DNA of 64,000 nucleotides, from positions 21,184 to 85,183 of the forward strand of contig CALRHL010000001.1 in assembly GCA_943359455.1 (NCBI GenBank). The letters are read 5' to 3'. The stretch is from Candidatus Uhrbacteria bacterium RIFOXYB12_FULL_58_10. Lineage in GTDB: Bacteria > Patescibacteriota > Patescibacteriia > UBA9934 > GWF2-40-263. The notes under the pieces were generated by a model that was not told the origin of the DNA, ran no database searches, and saw nothing but the letters and a program-made list of their open reading frames with translations. Positions within the stretch are counted from its first letter, which is position 1; each line of letters starts with the position of its first letter. Of the stretch, positions 1-10,081 are shown one piece after another. The position numbers and the translations under genes were made by a program.

Positions 1-17
1 TGGATGTAAAATGGGAC

Positions 18-677
18 GTGATCGCTGACTGTCCGTCTTCGTCGTTTGTGCGCATCACCATGCCAGAACGATTTGTTCCGCACTTTACCGCGGAGGAAAA
101 CTTGTATGTGTTGTACCGTGCAACGGTTGGTGAGACACTCGTGGATTTTGGTCGACTTTGGGATGGTGTCGTTCCGATGGAAACACGACTCGGCGCTTCT
201 ACACACACCATCATGGGAGACTTGAGTCGTGCGATGAACAACCTTGATGCCCCACCACCAAGCGGAATCCTGCGTGCCGTTGAATCAAAACGAACTCACA
301 CGGCAGAAGTTGTAAAAATTCCTCCACGCGGAATCTCCTCTGTCAGACGTCACCTTGACGTTAACTCGAAAAAGGATTCAACAGAAGTTCCTGTTGGTGA
401 CACCCTGTGTCCAGTTCCTGACGAAGCATCCGAAGAACAGAACGGTCCCATGAGTCACTCCCGTCGATCGGCCTGGGCTGTGTTTGGTGAAGACGAAGCT
501 CCATCTGAACCTGAACCACCTGTGCAGCTCCCGCCACCAAGCCGTCCGGCACCAATCCCTGCAACCGAAAAAGCAACCTTCACCTCGCCTGATCCAAACA
601 ACAGCGCCGCAGGATGCCTGATGCTTGCGACGATCTTCGTCATTCTGATCGTATTCTCCTTCCTCGCCATCTTCTGA
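18..677 (+). CDS. Hypothetical protein with Pro-rich linker and C-terminal TM anchor (start uncertain, may extend off window)
   Basis: 219-aa ORF with hydrophobic C-terminus (CLMLATIFVILIVFSFLAIF), ending in a palindrome shared with the convergent gene. Confidence 0.6.
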   Translation: MIADCPSSSFVRITMPERFVPHFTAEENLYVLYRATVGETLVDFGRLWDGVVPMETRLGASTHTIMGDLSRAMNNLDAPPPSGILRAVESKRTHTAEVVKIPPRGISSVRRHLDVNSKKDSTEVPVGDTLCPVPDEASEEQNGPMSHSRRSAWAVFGEDEAPSEPEPPVQLPPPSRPAPIPATEKATFTSPDPNNSAAGCLMLATIFVILIVFSFLAIF

Positions 678-713
678 TGACGAGATTTTTTTATAAAAAA
701 ATCTCGTCATCAG
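674..713. terminator. Perfect 40-bp palindrome between convergent genes (probable bidirectional terminator)
   Basis: CTGATGACGAGATTTTTTTATAAAAAAATCTCGTCATCAG is self-complementary and includes both stop codons. Confidence 0.6.
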
Positions 714-1294
714 CACGGGCGCTTGATCACGAGTTGAGTGGTGTACCAGTTTCTGAGCGTGCGGTTGTAGTAACCTGATCCACACAGAACTTCCTCAACT
801 GCAAGGACAGATTTCCAATTCGGCGGAAACACCTGTCGTAATTCCTCGAGATGAAAAAGGGATCGATAAGGCGGATTCACAGGAGGATCCGGAGCGCGAT
901 AAAACGTCGCAAGAGCAATGAACCCACCTGGCTCAACGCAATCCCTTAACCACGGGAGAAGTGTGTTGAGCACAAAGTCACGTTCGAGAAACTGGAGTGA
1001 GTTTCTCGCAATGAATCCATGAAATGGTCCGGATGGAAAAAACGAACGTTCGTACAACCAGTCCTCGATCCGTTCTTGTCGCCATTCAACATTACTTGGC
1101 AACTCGGGTGGAACTGATTCGATATCGATCGCGATCACCTCTCTCACATACTTGGAAACAATCCCTAACGGACTTCGAACCGATCCGTCATTCCCTGCTC
1201 CAAAATCGACAATGATTTGGTCAGAACGAAGTAACTGTACAACCTTGCTAGAGAACAGCGCAGTTGTTGTGGCTGAAACAGGCTGACCTGTCAT
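710..1294 (-). CDS. Class I SAM-dependent methyltransferase
   Basis: Motif I IVDFGAGNDG, VIAIDI and NSLQF; ATG overlaps the stop of the upstream kinase. Confidence 0.75.
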   Translation of the reverse strand: MTGQPVSATTTALFSSKVVQLLRSDQIIVDFGAGNDGSVRSPLGIVSKYVREVIAIDIESVPPELPSNVEWRQERIEDWLYERSFFPSGPFHGFIARNSLQFLERDFVLNTLLPWLRDCVEPGGFIALATFYRAPDPPVNPPYRSLFHLEELRQVFPPNWKSVLAVEEVLCGSGYYNRTLRNWYTTQLVIKRPC

Positions 1295-2253
1295 GGCAAC
1301 CCGCCGAGCACTGAGACGGTTGCGCCTGCAACAACGCAACCGAGTTTAGCTGCGTCACGCAAAGACCCACTACGTGAAAATCCTTTCAGGAAGCCAGCAG
1401 CAAACGCGTCGCCTGCGCCCGTGGTGTCGCGAACGGGGAAATAAACCGAGTTCACAGTGATTCCACGCCTTCCATCGTAAATGAAAGCTCCATCGTGTCC
1501 CATGGTGACGACCACAATCGCCTTGTGCTCCTTTGGAGTCCAATCCACGAGTTGTTTCGCGGCGTCCTTCTCAGACTCGAAACCAAGCATGCGTGCTTCG
1601 TTCTTATTGAGAAAGATGATCGTTGGATACTTCTCAATAACACCGCGGATGACTTCGTGTCCAAGATACGCGCCAGAACCAAGATCAATGGAAATGGGCG
1701 CGTTCACACGAAGCGCGGCGTCCATGGCCCCCCAAGCCACTCGATGGATCGGAAATTGCTCATCAAGCAAATATCCCGTCAGATGCAACCAGGAGCGAGA
1801 GGTGATCCGAGATTCGACAAACGAAATGTCGTCGAAGTTCATTCCGTTTCCGACGTCAGAACGCATGATGCGTTGACCATCAGGTCGAACGAATACGAGA
1901 CATCTCCCGGTTGAACCTGGGGCGATTCTCACCGAAGGTGCACATTCATCGTGCATCAATTGCCGGATCACATTTTCACCAAGGACATCCATTCCGATCT
2001 GACCGAAAATTTCGGCAAACCCTCCAAGTCGCGCGAACCAACGAGCTGTATTAGCACCGGATCCACCGACACGAGCGACGGGGACGAGCCCGATTGCCAC
2101 ACATGCTTGCATCAAACTATCCCACTCAAGTCCATTCAACCCAACGTACTCTTGGGCTGGATCGACCTCAAGCAAACGAAGTTGCGACTCACTCACCTGC
2201 TCGATGAGGTAGTCCACAACATGACCATCAATGACGATTAAAGAATTTCTCAT
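1291..2253 (-). CDS. PfkB/ribokinase family kinase (adenosine kinase-like)
   Basis: GGSGANTA, FLNKNEA and DTTGAGDAFAAG signatures; SD GGAGG before ATG 2253. Confidence 0.9.
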   Translation of the reverse strand: MRNSLIVIDGHVVDYLIEQVSESQLRLLEVDPAQEYVGLNGLEWDSLMQACVAIGLVPVARVGGSGANTARWFARLGGFAEIFGQIGMDVLGENVIRQLMHDECAPSVRIAPGSTGRCLVFVRPDGQRIMRSDVGNGMNFDDISFVESRITSRSWLHLTGYLLDEQFPIHRVAWGAMDAALRVNAPISIDLGSGAYLGHEVIRGVIEKYPTIIFLNKNEARMLGFESEKDAAKQLVDWTPKEHKAIVVVTMGHDGAFIYDGRRGITVNSVYFPVRDTTGAGDAFAAGFLKGFSRSGSLRDAAKLGCVVAGATVSVLGGLP

Positions 2254-2340
2254 CTTTCCTCCAGTGCTAACTTGGCAGAAATTACCTAAAAAGTCAATCA
2301 TCTATGGACTTACCTCATTTCATGCTAAACTCGATTCACT

Positions 2341-2910
2341 ATGAGAAATCCAACACACCAAATCCAACCACTCCTTCTCAACCGCTGGTCACCGCGTGCA
2401 ATGTCTGGTGAACAGATTGATGACCGTGAACTCATGGCACTTTTTGAAGCGGCGAGATGGGCGCCGTCGTCCTATAACGGTCAGCCGTGGAGATTTGTTT
2501 ACGCAAAACGCGAAACAACACACTGGCAAAAATTTTTTGATCTTCTTGTTCCGTTTAACCAGTCATGGGCAAATAACGCATCCGTACTCATCGTTGTGAT
2601 TTCAAAAAATGTTTTCGATCACAATGGTCAACCATGTCAAACACATTCATTTGATACAGGTGCGGCGTGGGAAAATTTTGCGTTGGAAGCAAGTGCTCGT
2701 GGATTGGTCGCACACGGAATGCAGGGATTTGACTATACGGCGGCTAAATCTGTCCTTGGTGTTCCAGATGAGTACACGGTTGAAGCGATGATTGCGATTG
2801 GAAAGCCGGGGAAAAAAGAAGATCTTCCTGTGGAACTTCAAGAACGCGAATCTCCATCTGATCGCCGACCGCTGAGTGAAATCGTCATGGAAGGTTTGTT
2901 TCAAACATGA
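2341..2910 (+). CDS. Nitroreductase family protein
   Basis: RWSPRA, AARWAPSSYNGQPWRF and FDTGAAW motifs. Confidence 0.92.
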   Translation: MRNPTHQIQPLLLNRWSPRAMSGEQIDDRELMALFEAARWAPSSYNGQPWRFVYAKRETTHWQKFFDLLVPFNQSWANNASVLIVVISKNVFDHNGQPCQTHSFDTGAAWENFALEASARGLVAHGMQGFDYTAAKSVLGVPDEYTVEAMIAIGKPGKKEDLPVELQERESPSDRRPLSEIVMEGLFQT

Positions 2911-3494
2911 CGAAAGCAATCTTGAGTGTGATCGTTCACAAGTCCGGTTGCTTGCATGTGCGCATAACAAATCGTTGCGCCCAAAAATCGAAATCCACGT
3001 TTTTTCAAATCTTTTGCGAGTCCCTCTGCTTCACGTGACGTCGTTGGAATATCGCTCAGTATTTTTCTCTTCCCCTCGATTATTTTTCCATCGACAAACG
3101 ACCAGATGTAGCGACAAAACGTTCCGTGAGAATTTTGAATTTCTAAAAATCGCTTAGCGTTATTTACTGCGGCTTCAACTTTTGCGCGATTGCGAATGAT
3201 GCCTTCGTCCGTGAGAATTCGATCGACATCTTGCGAAGAAAACTTTGCAACGGAAACAGGATCAAACTGCGCAAACAGTCGACGATAATTTTCGCGTTTC
3301 CGCAACACCGTTCGCCAACTAAGTCCTGCCTGCGCGCTTTCCAAAACCAAAAATTCAAACATCACACGATCATCATGAACCGGTACTCCCCATTCTTCGT
3401 CGTGATATTTTTCATAAAGAACATCCCCGCGTGTCACCCAACCACAGCGAGATGTAAGTGTTTGGCTGCTTTTTTCTGATCCTTTGTATTGCAT
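2901..3494 (-). CDS. tag: DNA-3-methyladenine glycosylase I
   Basis: RCGW, YHDEEWG, QAGLSW, GIIRNRAK and MQATGLVNDH...C motifs. Confidence 0.95.
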   Translation of the reverse strand: MQYKGSEKSSQTLTSRCGWVTRGDVLYEKYHDEEWGVPVHDDRVMFEFLVLESAQAGLSWRTVLRKRENYRRLFAQFDPVSVAKFSSQDVDRILTDEGIIRNRAKVEAAVNNAKRFLEIQNSHGTFCRYIWSFVDGKIIEGKRKILSDIPTTSREAEGLAKDLKKRGFRFLGATICYAHMQATGLVNDHTQDCFRHV

Positions 3495-3718
3495 AACGCG
3501 CGTATGAAGTGATTCTAGTATACCAAAAAATTTTCATCGCAATTGTGAGAGCATAGAACAATGACAGAAATCAGCTTTTGTAGAGATAAATATCTAGTAT
3601 CCAGACCTCGATTGCGGACCGGCTAAATTTAGGTTCAAATAATCGTGAAAAATAGCCAGAAATTGATTTTTTTTACGTTTATCTTGACAAAATCGTGAAA
3701 TAGTACTATTTTGAATCT

Positions 3719-4600
3719 ATGCCAAGATCATTGAGTGTATTTGCAAAGATCAACCGTCTACGAGAGCGCTATTATTTAGCGGCTGTTGGTAAACAGTCGT
3801 TATTGAAATTGATCAGTGAGGCGGAAGTTTCTGAGCAGGTCTATAACTCCAATGCGATCGAAAATAGCACTCTCACTCTCGAGGAGACGGAAAAAATTTT
3901 GTTGCAAATTGATTTGGACCGTTATATTTCCGAAAGGGAAATTTTTGAAGCAAAAAATCTCGCGCGCGTCGTTACGTACATCGACGCGAAAGCGAAGGAG
4001 CAAGAACTTACCCTTGATCACATCGCATCGCTCCACAAAATGCTCATTTCCAATATTCGCGACGAGATCGCGGGGAGGTTTCGAAAAGAAAACGAATGGG
4101 TTCGTGTTGGAAGTCATGTAGCTCCGGACCCAAGAGAGGTTATTGATCGACTCGAGCGAATGCTTGCAGAATATCAAGGTAGCCATCATGAGCATATCGT
4201 CAAACGCATCGCACGGCTTCATCTCACATTCGAATATATTCATCCATTTGTTGATGGAAATGGCCGCATCGGACGCGTCGTGAATAATTACCTACTCATA
4301 CGAGAAGGCTTCGTGCCTATCAATATCAAATTCATCGATCGCGAATCGTATTATGACGCCTTTCGTGATTTCGAAAAAAATGAATCGACGAGCATCATGG
4401 AAGAAATCGTTGGCAGAGCACTCACAAACAGTTACCACAAGCGACTCGCCTACCTAGAGGGGGCTCACATTGTTACACTCGTCGAATACGCAAAAAAACA
4501 GAGACTCTCACATTCAAATTTGATTAACAAGGCTAACAGACAAACAATCGAGGCGTTTCTGGAAAAGGGTGTCTGGAAGATCGGTGAAAGAAACAACTGA
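3719..4600 (+). CDS. Fic family protein with probable C-terminal HTH
   Basis: HPFVDGNGRIGR Fic motif; SNAIEN inhibitory-like helix. Confidence 0.92.
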   Translation: MPRSLSVFAKINRLRERYYLAAVGKQSLLKLISEAEVSEQVYNSNAIENSTLTLEETEKILLQIDLDRYISEREIFEAKNLARVVTYIDAKAKEQELTLDHIASLHKMLISNIRDEIAGRFRKENEWVRVGSHVAPDPREVIDRLERMLAEYQGSHHEHIVKRIARLHLTFEYIHPFVDGNGRIGRVVNNYLLIREGFVPINIKFIDRESYYDAFRDFEKNESTSIMEEIVGRALTNSYHKRLAYLEGAHIVTLVEYAKKQRLSHSNLINKANRQTIEAFLEKGVWKIGERNN

Positions 4601-4704
4601 CACTGAACGAACGACTAAATCGCGCAAGAATCGCGCATGGAAAAACTGTGACCGTATAGCAGAGATGAAACATTTTCATGTTTCTTTGATATACTTCCTC
4701 ATGT

Positions 4705-6285
4705 ATGCATCTATCTTTTCAACGAGCCGTTGGGTTCTTATGTGTGACGGGTTTTGCGCTGTTCGCTTTATTGACTTCTGTCCATGCATCGATCATTGAT
4801 AGTGTCCGCGGATATATTCTCTTACAAGTTGAGCAGCATGGAGAGGCGTGGTATGTCCCGCCCGATCTAGAAACGCGTTACTATCTCAAAGATGGAACAG
4901 CGGCATACGAAGCACTCCGAGCATTCGGACTTGGAATCACTGATGCCGACTTGGCAACAATTCCTGTTGCTGGTGAAACAGCAAGTTCTGCAACGACTGA
5001 CTCGGCACTCGTCGACCGTGTTTCTGGATATATTTTGTTACAGGTCGAACAGCATGGAGAAGCCTGGTACGTTCATCCCAAAACCGGGACACGAACATAC
5101 ATGGAAGATGGTGATGCCGCATACACAATCATGCGACAACTCAGTCTTGGAATTACCGACGCGGACTTAGAACAAATTTCTATCCATGAAGATTCCATCG
5201 ATCCAAACGCGAGCACAGACGGATCAACCGTTGCCTTTTTCTATCAGTATGTCGGTGCCCTCATGAACGGAGTTGGAGATAATGGTGTGCGACTTGGTTT
5301 GACAACAGACTCAGAAGCGATCAGCACATCTCTACTCGAAGCGCTCGACTGGGAAGTTCGAACAATAGAACTTGAAGCATCGGACGAAACTGAAGATGAA
5401 GAACAATCCTATGGCGATCCTGTTTTTAGCCGCCTGAGCAATGGAAATTGGGCCATGACTTCTTGGAGTGGAAGCGACGATCCACGTGGCGCAAATGTAT
5501 TGTTGTACCATGAGTCCGAATGTCCTGTTGTTGATGACGACGCCGTTGTCGCGATAACGGCATCTTCTGAATCTGGCTGTACAAACGTACGAGCCCTCAC
5601 CGTTGGAAAAACTTCACAAATTTTCGAAAAAGACGGCAATGATTATGTCTTTCACTCAAATGGAGGTGATGTGTATCTTGCGCAACTAACAGACGACGAT
5701 CAGACTGCTTTAGAGTTGGATTCATTGTGTGTATTATCCTCCCCTGTTGATGCATTTTCTGAACTAAATTATGGCGAATCCACAAAAGTGCTTGATGGAA
5801 GTGATGAAGGACTTTTGTTTAGCGACACGGCCATAGGGCAGCGTGAAGATGGAACATGGGTGCTGTTTGCAAAGGGGATTGAAACTGATTCCGGATGCAC
5901 GAGCACAACGTTGTGTGAATTGTGTGGGCGATCAATCTATCGCGCAACCAGTTCAGATCTCATTGATTGGTCAACACCAGAAGAAGTCGTTGAACAAGCG
6001 AGTGTTCCGGAAGCGTACGTCGCAAACGATGGCAAAATTTGGCTCTATCACCAAGATTTTAGCGACGTGTGTGATGCACAAGATCAACATCTCGCAACGA
6101 TCGCGCCTGTCACTGGTCACTACGAGGCAGAAGAAACATACGAACTGTCCGACCCGATTCGCGTAGAATTCTTAGACGAAGCATTCCAAACAAACTCTAC
6201 CATCCACTACGCGACCAACGGGAATCCAGTATCGTTACCAGACCAAGAAGCCGTCGAAGCACTCGAAGCATGTGCCAACATGTAA
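4705..6285 (+). CDS. Secreted protein with two GYILLQVEQHGEAWYV repeats and a propeller-like C-terminal domain
   Basis: Signal peptide, duplicated ~70-aa module, SSDLIDW-type motif. Confidence 0.75.
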   Translation: MHLSFQRAVGFLCVTGFALFALLTSVHASIIDSVRGYILLQVEQHGEAWYVPPDLETRYYLKDGTAAYEALRAFGLGITDADLATIPVAGETASSATTDSALVDRVSGYILLQVEQHGEAWYVHPKTGTRTYMEDGDAAYTIMRQLSLGITDADLEQISIHEDSIDPNASTDGSTVAFFYQYVGALMNGVGDNGVRLGLTTDSEAISTSLLEALDWEVRTIELEASDETEDEEQSYGDPVFSRLSNGNWAMTSWSGSDDPRGANVLLYHESECPVVDDDAVVAITASSESGCTNVRALTVGKTSQIFEKDGNDYVFHSNGGDVYLAQLTDDDQTALELDSLCVLSSPVDAFSELNYGESTKVLDGSDEGLLFSDTAIGQREDGTWVLFAKGIETDSGCTSTTLCELCGRSIYRATSSDLIDWSTPEEVVEQASVPEAYVANDGKIWLYHQDFSDVCDAQDQHLATIAPVTGHYEAEETYELSDPIRVEFLDEAFQTNSTIHYATNGNPVSLPDQEAVEALEACANM

Positions 6286-6343
6286 AATCTTTCCCTTGAC
6301 CAAACCCTCCTTGTTCGCTACTATTCTGGTGCCATTATTTCAA

Positions 6344-6418
6344 GGCCCCATCGTCTAATGGTTAGGACACGGGCTTTTCAAGCCTGTAACCGGAGTTCGA
6401 CTCTCCGTGGGGTCACCA
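6344..6418 (+). tRNA. tRNA-Glu(TTC)
   Basis: GGCCCCA/TGGGGTC acceptor, CGGGC-TT-TTC-AA-GCCTG anticodon arm, TTCGACT T-loop, CCA end. Confidence 0.95.
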
Positions 6419-7056
6419 AACTACAATCAACGTCGTCTTCCGACGCGCACAGCTCCCTGAACGGGGAGTTTTGCGTTATATGGATGATTTTTCCGCCCTT
6501 TACCGTGAGGTTCGTGAGCAGTTTTCGCATGATGTAGTCGAGGTCGGCCATGCTGTCTATTTTTCGCGCAAGGTTGGCGATGTTTCGGAATAGTTCGACA
6601 AATTCTTCCATGCTGGCCATGGCGTCAGTCGAGGCCTCCTTCACCTTCTTGAGCGTTTTGATTTTCTCGGCGAGTTCCAGCGACGCGGCCACGTCTTTCT
6701 GCACGTCGCGTTTGAACTCGCGCCGCAGGTCGGCGTCGGTCTCCCCGCGCAGCAGCTCCTTGTTTTCCTCCCGTCGCCTGTCGGTGCTGTTTTTACGCGC
6801 CACGAGCGATTTGAGCTCGTCCTTCGCCTCCTTCGCGCGTTCCACGGCTAGCCGCTTCATCTCCTCGACGTAGTGTGCGTATCCGGCCTTCGTACCCAGG
6901 GGATGCCTGTCCAAAAATGCGTAGACGGCTTCGAGCACCGCCTTCGCCCGCACCTCTTCCTTCCCGCAATTTGGCTGCTTGCAATCGAAATAGTAGTAAT
7001 GGGTTTTCGTCCCGTCCTTTTTTGGTTTGGCGGTGATGCTCGGGTACATCGGCTTC
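6378..7056 (-). pseudogene. C-terminal remnant of a large serine recombinase (Zn ribbon + coiled coil)
   Basis: YYYFDCKQPNC ribbon then coiled coil; frame ends inside tRNA-Glu; 5' part cut at the IS end; visibly higher GC. Confidence 0.7.
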
Positions 7057-8021
7057 TGAACCGTACCCCAAAAAGTGGACACGAAAGTGTCCGTTTTTTG
7101 TGTCTATAGATAATTCAACTAAGATGAATGGGTATGAGTAATCGAAGATTCACTGAAGAAGAGATGGAGGTGCTGTCACAACACATGTACGTGCGGAGAT
7201 GTAGCGAGAAATCTGTAACGTACACCAAGGAATTTAAACTGTTTGCCGTCAGGCAATACAACGAAGTATTTCTTCGAGGGAAGGCCAAATATGGTTGGAG
7301 GACGATTCAGATGAAACTTCTGGAAAAAGAGGTCGTCATGAATCACAAAAAGATCATTCGCATTAAGAATAAGTATCATCTCGTCACCAAGATCCGAAGG
7401 CACAACCCGTACAAGATGATTATGAAGAAATCGCTGGAACATCGTACGTATGAAAACATATTGAATCGTGCCTTTGACGTCCTTACTCCTTTCAAGATAT
7501 TTACCACCGACATCACCTATATCCCGCTCAATTACCGTTTTGCCTACCTGTCCGTCGTGAAGGATGTCGCAAGCGGCGAAGTCGTGGCCTGGAACCTGTC
7601 TATGCATCTGGAAATGAGCCTGGTGCTCGATACCGTGGAGGCTATGAAGAATAACCCGGTTCTCACTCCAGTCATGCTTCAAGACGTACTGATTCATTCC
7701 GACCAAGGTTTCCACTACACCAACCCGCTCTATATCGAGAAGATCAAAGGATTGCAGATGGTTCAATCTATGTCGAGACGTGGCAATTGCATCGACAATG
7801 CGCCTATTGAATCGTTCTTTGGACATCTAAAAGACGACGTGGACTACAAAGACTGCAAGACTTTCGACGAACTTCATTCACTCATCTCAAATTACATGCA
7901 ATACTACAACAATGAACGCCAGCAGTGGGGACGAAAAAAGATGACTCCTGTGGGATACAGAAATCATCTTTTAACAACTGCGTAGGTTTTTACCAGTGTC
8001 TACTTTACGGGGTACGGTTCA
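7057..8021 (+). mobile_element. IS3-family element, internally deleted (965 bp)
   Basis: Terminal IRs TGAACCGTACCCC...GGGGTACGGTTCA with TG..CA ends; DDE transposase inside; no target duplication seen. Confidence 0.88.
7128..7985 (+). CDS. IS3-family transposase (OrfA N-terminus fused to OrfB)
   Basis: TDITY, HSDQG, SRRGNCIDNAPIESFFG and YYNNER motifs. Confidence 0.9.
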   Translation: MGMSNRRFTEEEMEVLSQHMYVRRCSEKSVTYTKEFKLFAVRQYNEVFLRGKAKYGWRTIQMKLLEKEVVMNHKKIIRIKNKYHLVTKIRRHNPYKMIMKKSLEHRTYENILNRAFDVLTPFKIFTTDITYIPLNYRFAYLSVVKDVASGEVVAWNLSMHLEMSLVLDTVEAMKNNPVLTPVMLQDVLIHSDQGFHYTNPLYIEKIKGLQMVQSMSRRGNCIDNAPIESFFGHLKDDVDYKDCKTFDELHSLISNYMQYYNNERQQWGRKKMTPVGYRNHLLTTA

Positions 8022-8050
8022 TGACGGTCATTTTAATATTTTCACGGTTA

Positions 8051-9070
8051 TTACGGTGCCACGGGTGTTTTTGTTTTTGGTGGGGCGATTTTATAAACCA
8101 AAACGATTTCATTTTCAAATTCGGCTAGAGCAGGGTCACAGAATCCTCCTGTGCCTGGTGGCAAAATACTTTTTGTCAGATTACTAAAGGTGATTCCGTC
8201 CGATGAAAAGGCGCTGGTGATTCCTTGCTTGCATCCGTACATGTAAACACCATCATCGACGGCGAGTGCTCCAGGGACACCTCCTGTCGCGAGTGGAATG
8301 ATACCTTTATCGGAAAACAACAGTCCGTCATCGGACACAGCAACACCGCTCGACATTCCGACGGAGTAGTACATAATCCATTGCGACCCAAATGAGATGA
8401 CTTCTGGGTCTGTTAAATTTTCTACACTCAGACGAGTCCCTGCATCTGCTGTAAATGTAGCCCCGTCCAGAGAGGTCGCACTATAAACAAGATGTTCTTC
8501 TCCTTCTATCACAGGCCCACTTCCAAATGGTTTGTCTGGACCGTAATAATACATACGAACCGTACCATCTGAAAGTTGAACAACCGACGGATCCACTGCC
8601 GGACCTTTATTCACCTTTCCTATAACTGAAATCGGTTCACGGTCTGACCATGTTTTTCCTGAGTCTGTTGATCGTATGAAAGAAATGCCTTCCATGGAAT
8701 CCATCTCATTAAGTGGGTCAACAAAATAAATAAGAAATTCTCCTTTTTTACATGCAGATGAATCAACGCCACAAATCAACAGATCAGGAACAGACGCGCT
8801 TTCCGTCACGAGCGTTCCGGTAGGAAAAGACGTTGGATCGTTAGAAAAAGAAATGTATGTGTCATGATCTAAAATTCCCGCGCTCCCTGCATTTTGTGTC
8901 ATAGTTGGTGTTGACGGGACCATTGTTGGTGTAATCGTTTCAGAAATAGCTGTCTCAGTTTCTGTCTCGGTCTCAGATGACGTAGATGTCATTGTTTTCA
9001 CAAGAAATATAACACCTAGTGTCAATGCGACACCAAAACTTGTAAACAAAATTGACTTTGGGATAGACAT
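8051..9070 (-). CDS. Membrane-anchored BNR/Asp-box beta-propeller (sialidase-like) protein
   Basis: N-terminal TM, STDSGKTWS Asp-box, repeated DP motifs. Confidence 0.7.
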   Translation of the reverse strand: MSIPKSILFTSFGVALTLGVIFLVKTMTSTSSETETETETAISETITPTMVPSTPTMTQNAGSAGILDHDTYISFSNDPTSFPTGTLVTESASVPDLLICGVDSSACKKGEFLIYFVDPLNEMDSMEGISFIRSTDSGKTWSDREPISVIGKVNKGPAVDPSVVQLSDGTVRMYYYGPDKPFGSGPVIEGEEHLVYSATSLDGATFTADAGTRLSVENLTDPEVISFGSQWIMYYSVGMSSGVAVSDDGLLFSDKGIIPLATGGVPGALAVDDGVYMYGCKQGITSAFSSDGITFSNLTKSILPPGTGGFCDPALAEFENEIVLVYKIAPPKTKTPVAP

Positions 9071-9140
9071 AAGATGGGATACTTTTTCATCATGTAAATT
9101 ATAGCACAAAAAAACGGCGCAGGGCCGTAGAGAAGAGCTG

Positions 9141-9923
9141 TTAGGCGTTGGAAAAGATTTTGAAAAACTGTTTCGTGTTGGCAATGTCGTCGTACTCCTG
9201 ATGATTAAACAGCGAGCCTTGGGCGGTTCCGGATTGCACGACGACGGAAGTATATTCGACTTCGTACGCACGGCTGAACCGCTGTGCGTTTTGCACTAAA
9301 CCTGGCATCTTGGCACGATCAGTAATCGACATGAGCACTCCTTTCAAAGTACGATCGCTTTTGATCTGCAGAACATGGCCAATGGACCAGTCTTTGGAAG
9401 GAACGATGAGGTCGACACTGAAATTTACATCTTCGTCGACTGTACTTTCCAAAACAGTGTAGTCTGCACAAAGAAGAGTCGTGACAACGTGAGCTTCTGC
9501 AAGCGAGCCAGCAATCGCAAGCTCGAAAAGTGGTTCGTTTGATGTGCGCGCGAGTACGAACAAATGTTCGAGATCTGACGGCTTCATTCCAACCATTCCA
9601 CGGACAAATTTTTTGATCCCTCCACAGTTATGGTACACATCGTCTTTTACGAAATGTGTTGTCGCGTGAGGAAGCAGATTGCGACGAGCGTATCCACACA
9701 AAAATGCACCTTGAAGCAAATAGCTCAATCCAACATCGGATGAATCGATCAAATCCTGTTGACCATCAAACAGCGATCCAACATAGGTACCGCCATGATG
9801 AAATGCTGTGAGAATCCGATTGAGGCTTTGCGCTGAACATCGATGAGGTTCAATAGGCAGATAGTGCTCAGTGTGATACGAAAGCGAATGAGCAAGTATA
9901 TGTTGTGCACGCAAAGGAAACAC
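9141..9923 (-). CDS. Hypothetical protein, possible PD-(D/E)XK fold
   Basis: 260-aa ORF with SD; E...D-x-DL...QIK pattern. Confidence 0.55.
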   Translation of the reverse strand: MFPLRAQHILAHSLSYHTEHYLPIEPHRCSAQSLNRILTAFHHGGTYVGSLFDGQQDLIDSSDVGLSYLLQGAFLCGYARRNLLPHATTHFVKDDVYHNCGGIKKFVRGMVGMKPSDLEHLFVLARTSNEPLFELAIAGSLAEAHVVTTLLCADYTVLESTVDEDVNFSVDLIVPSKDWSIGHVLQIKSDRTLKGVLMSITDRAKMPGLVQNAQRFSRAYEVEYTSVVVQSGTAQGSLFNHQEYDDIANTKQFFKIFSNA

Positions 9924-10081
9924 GTTTTCTCCTTGAAAAGACCGCGGTTCGAGGATTATTCAAGAGTCAGCCCTGGAGACGAATGGGCCAACAGCCACCA
10001 GAGAACCATCCCCGAACCACGGTTAAATGAGGATACAGGAAAATATCTGACTGGTCAATGGACATGCTATACTACTTCCAT

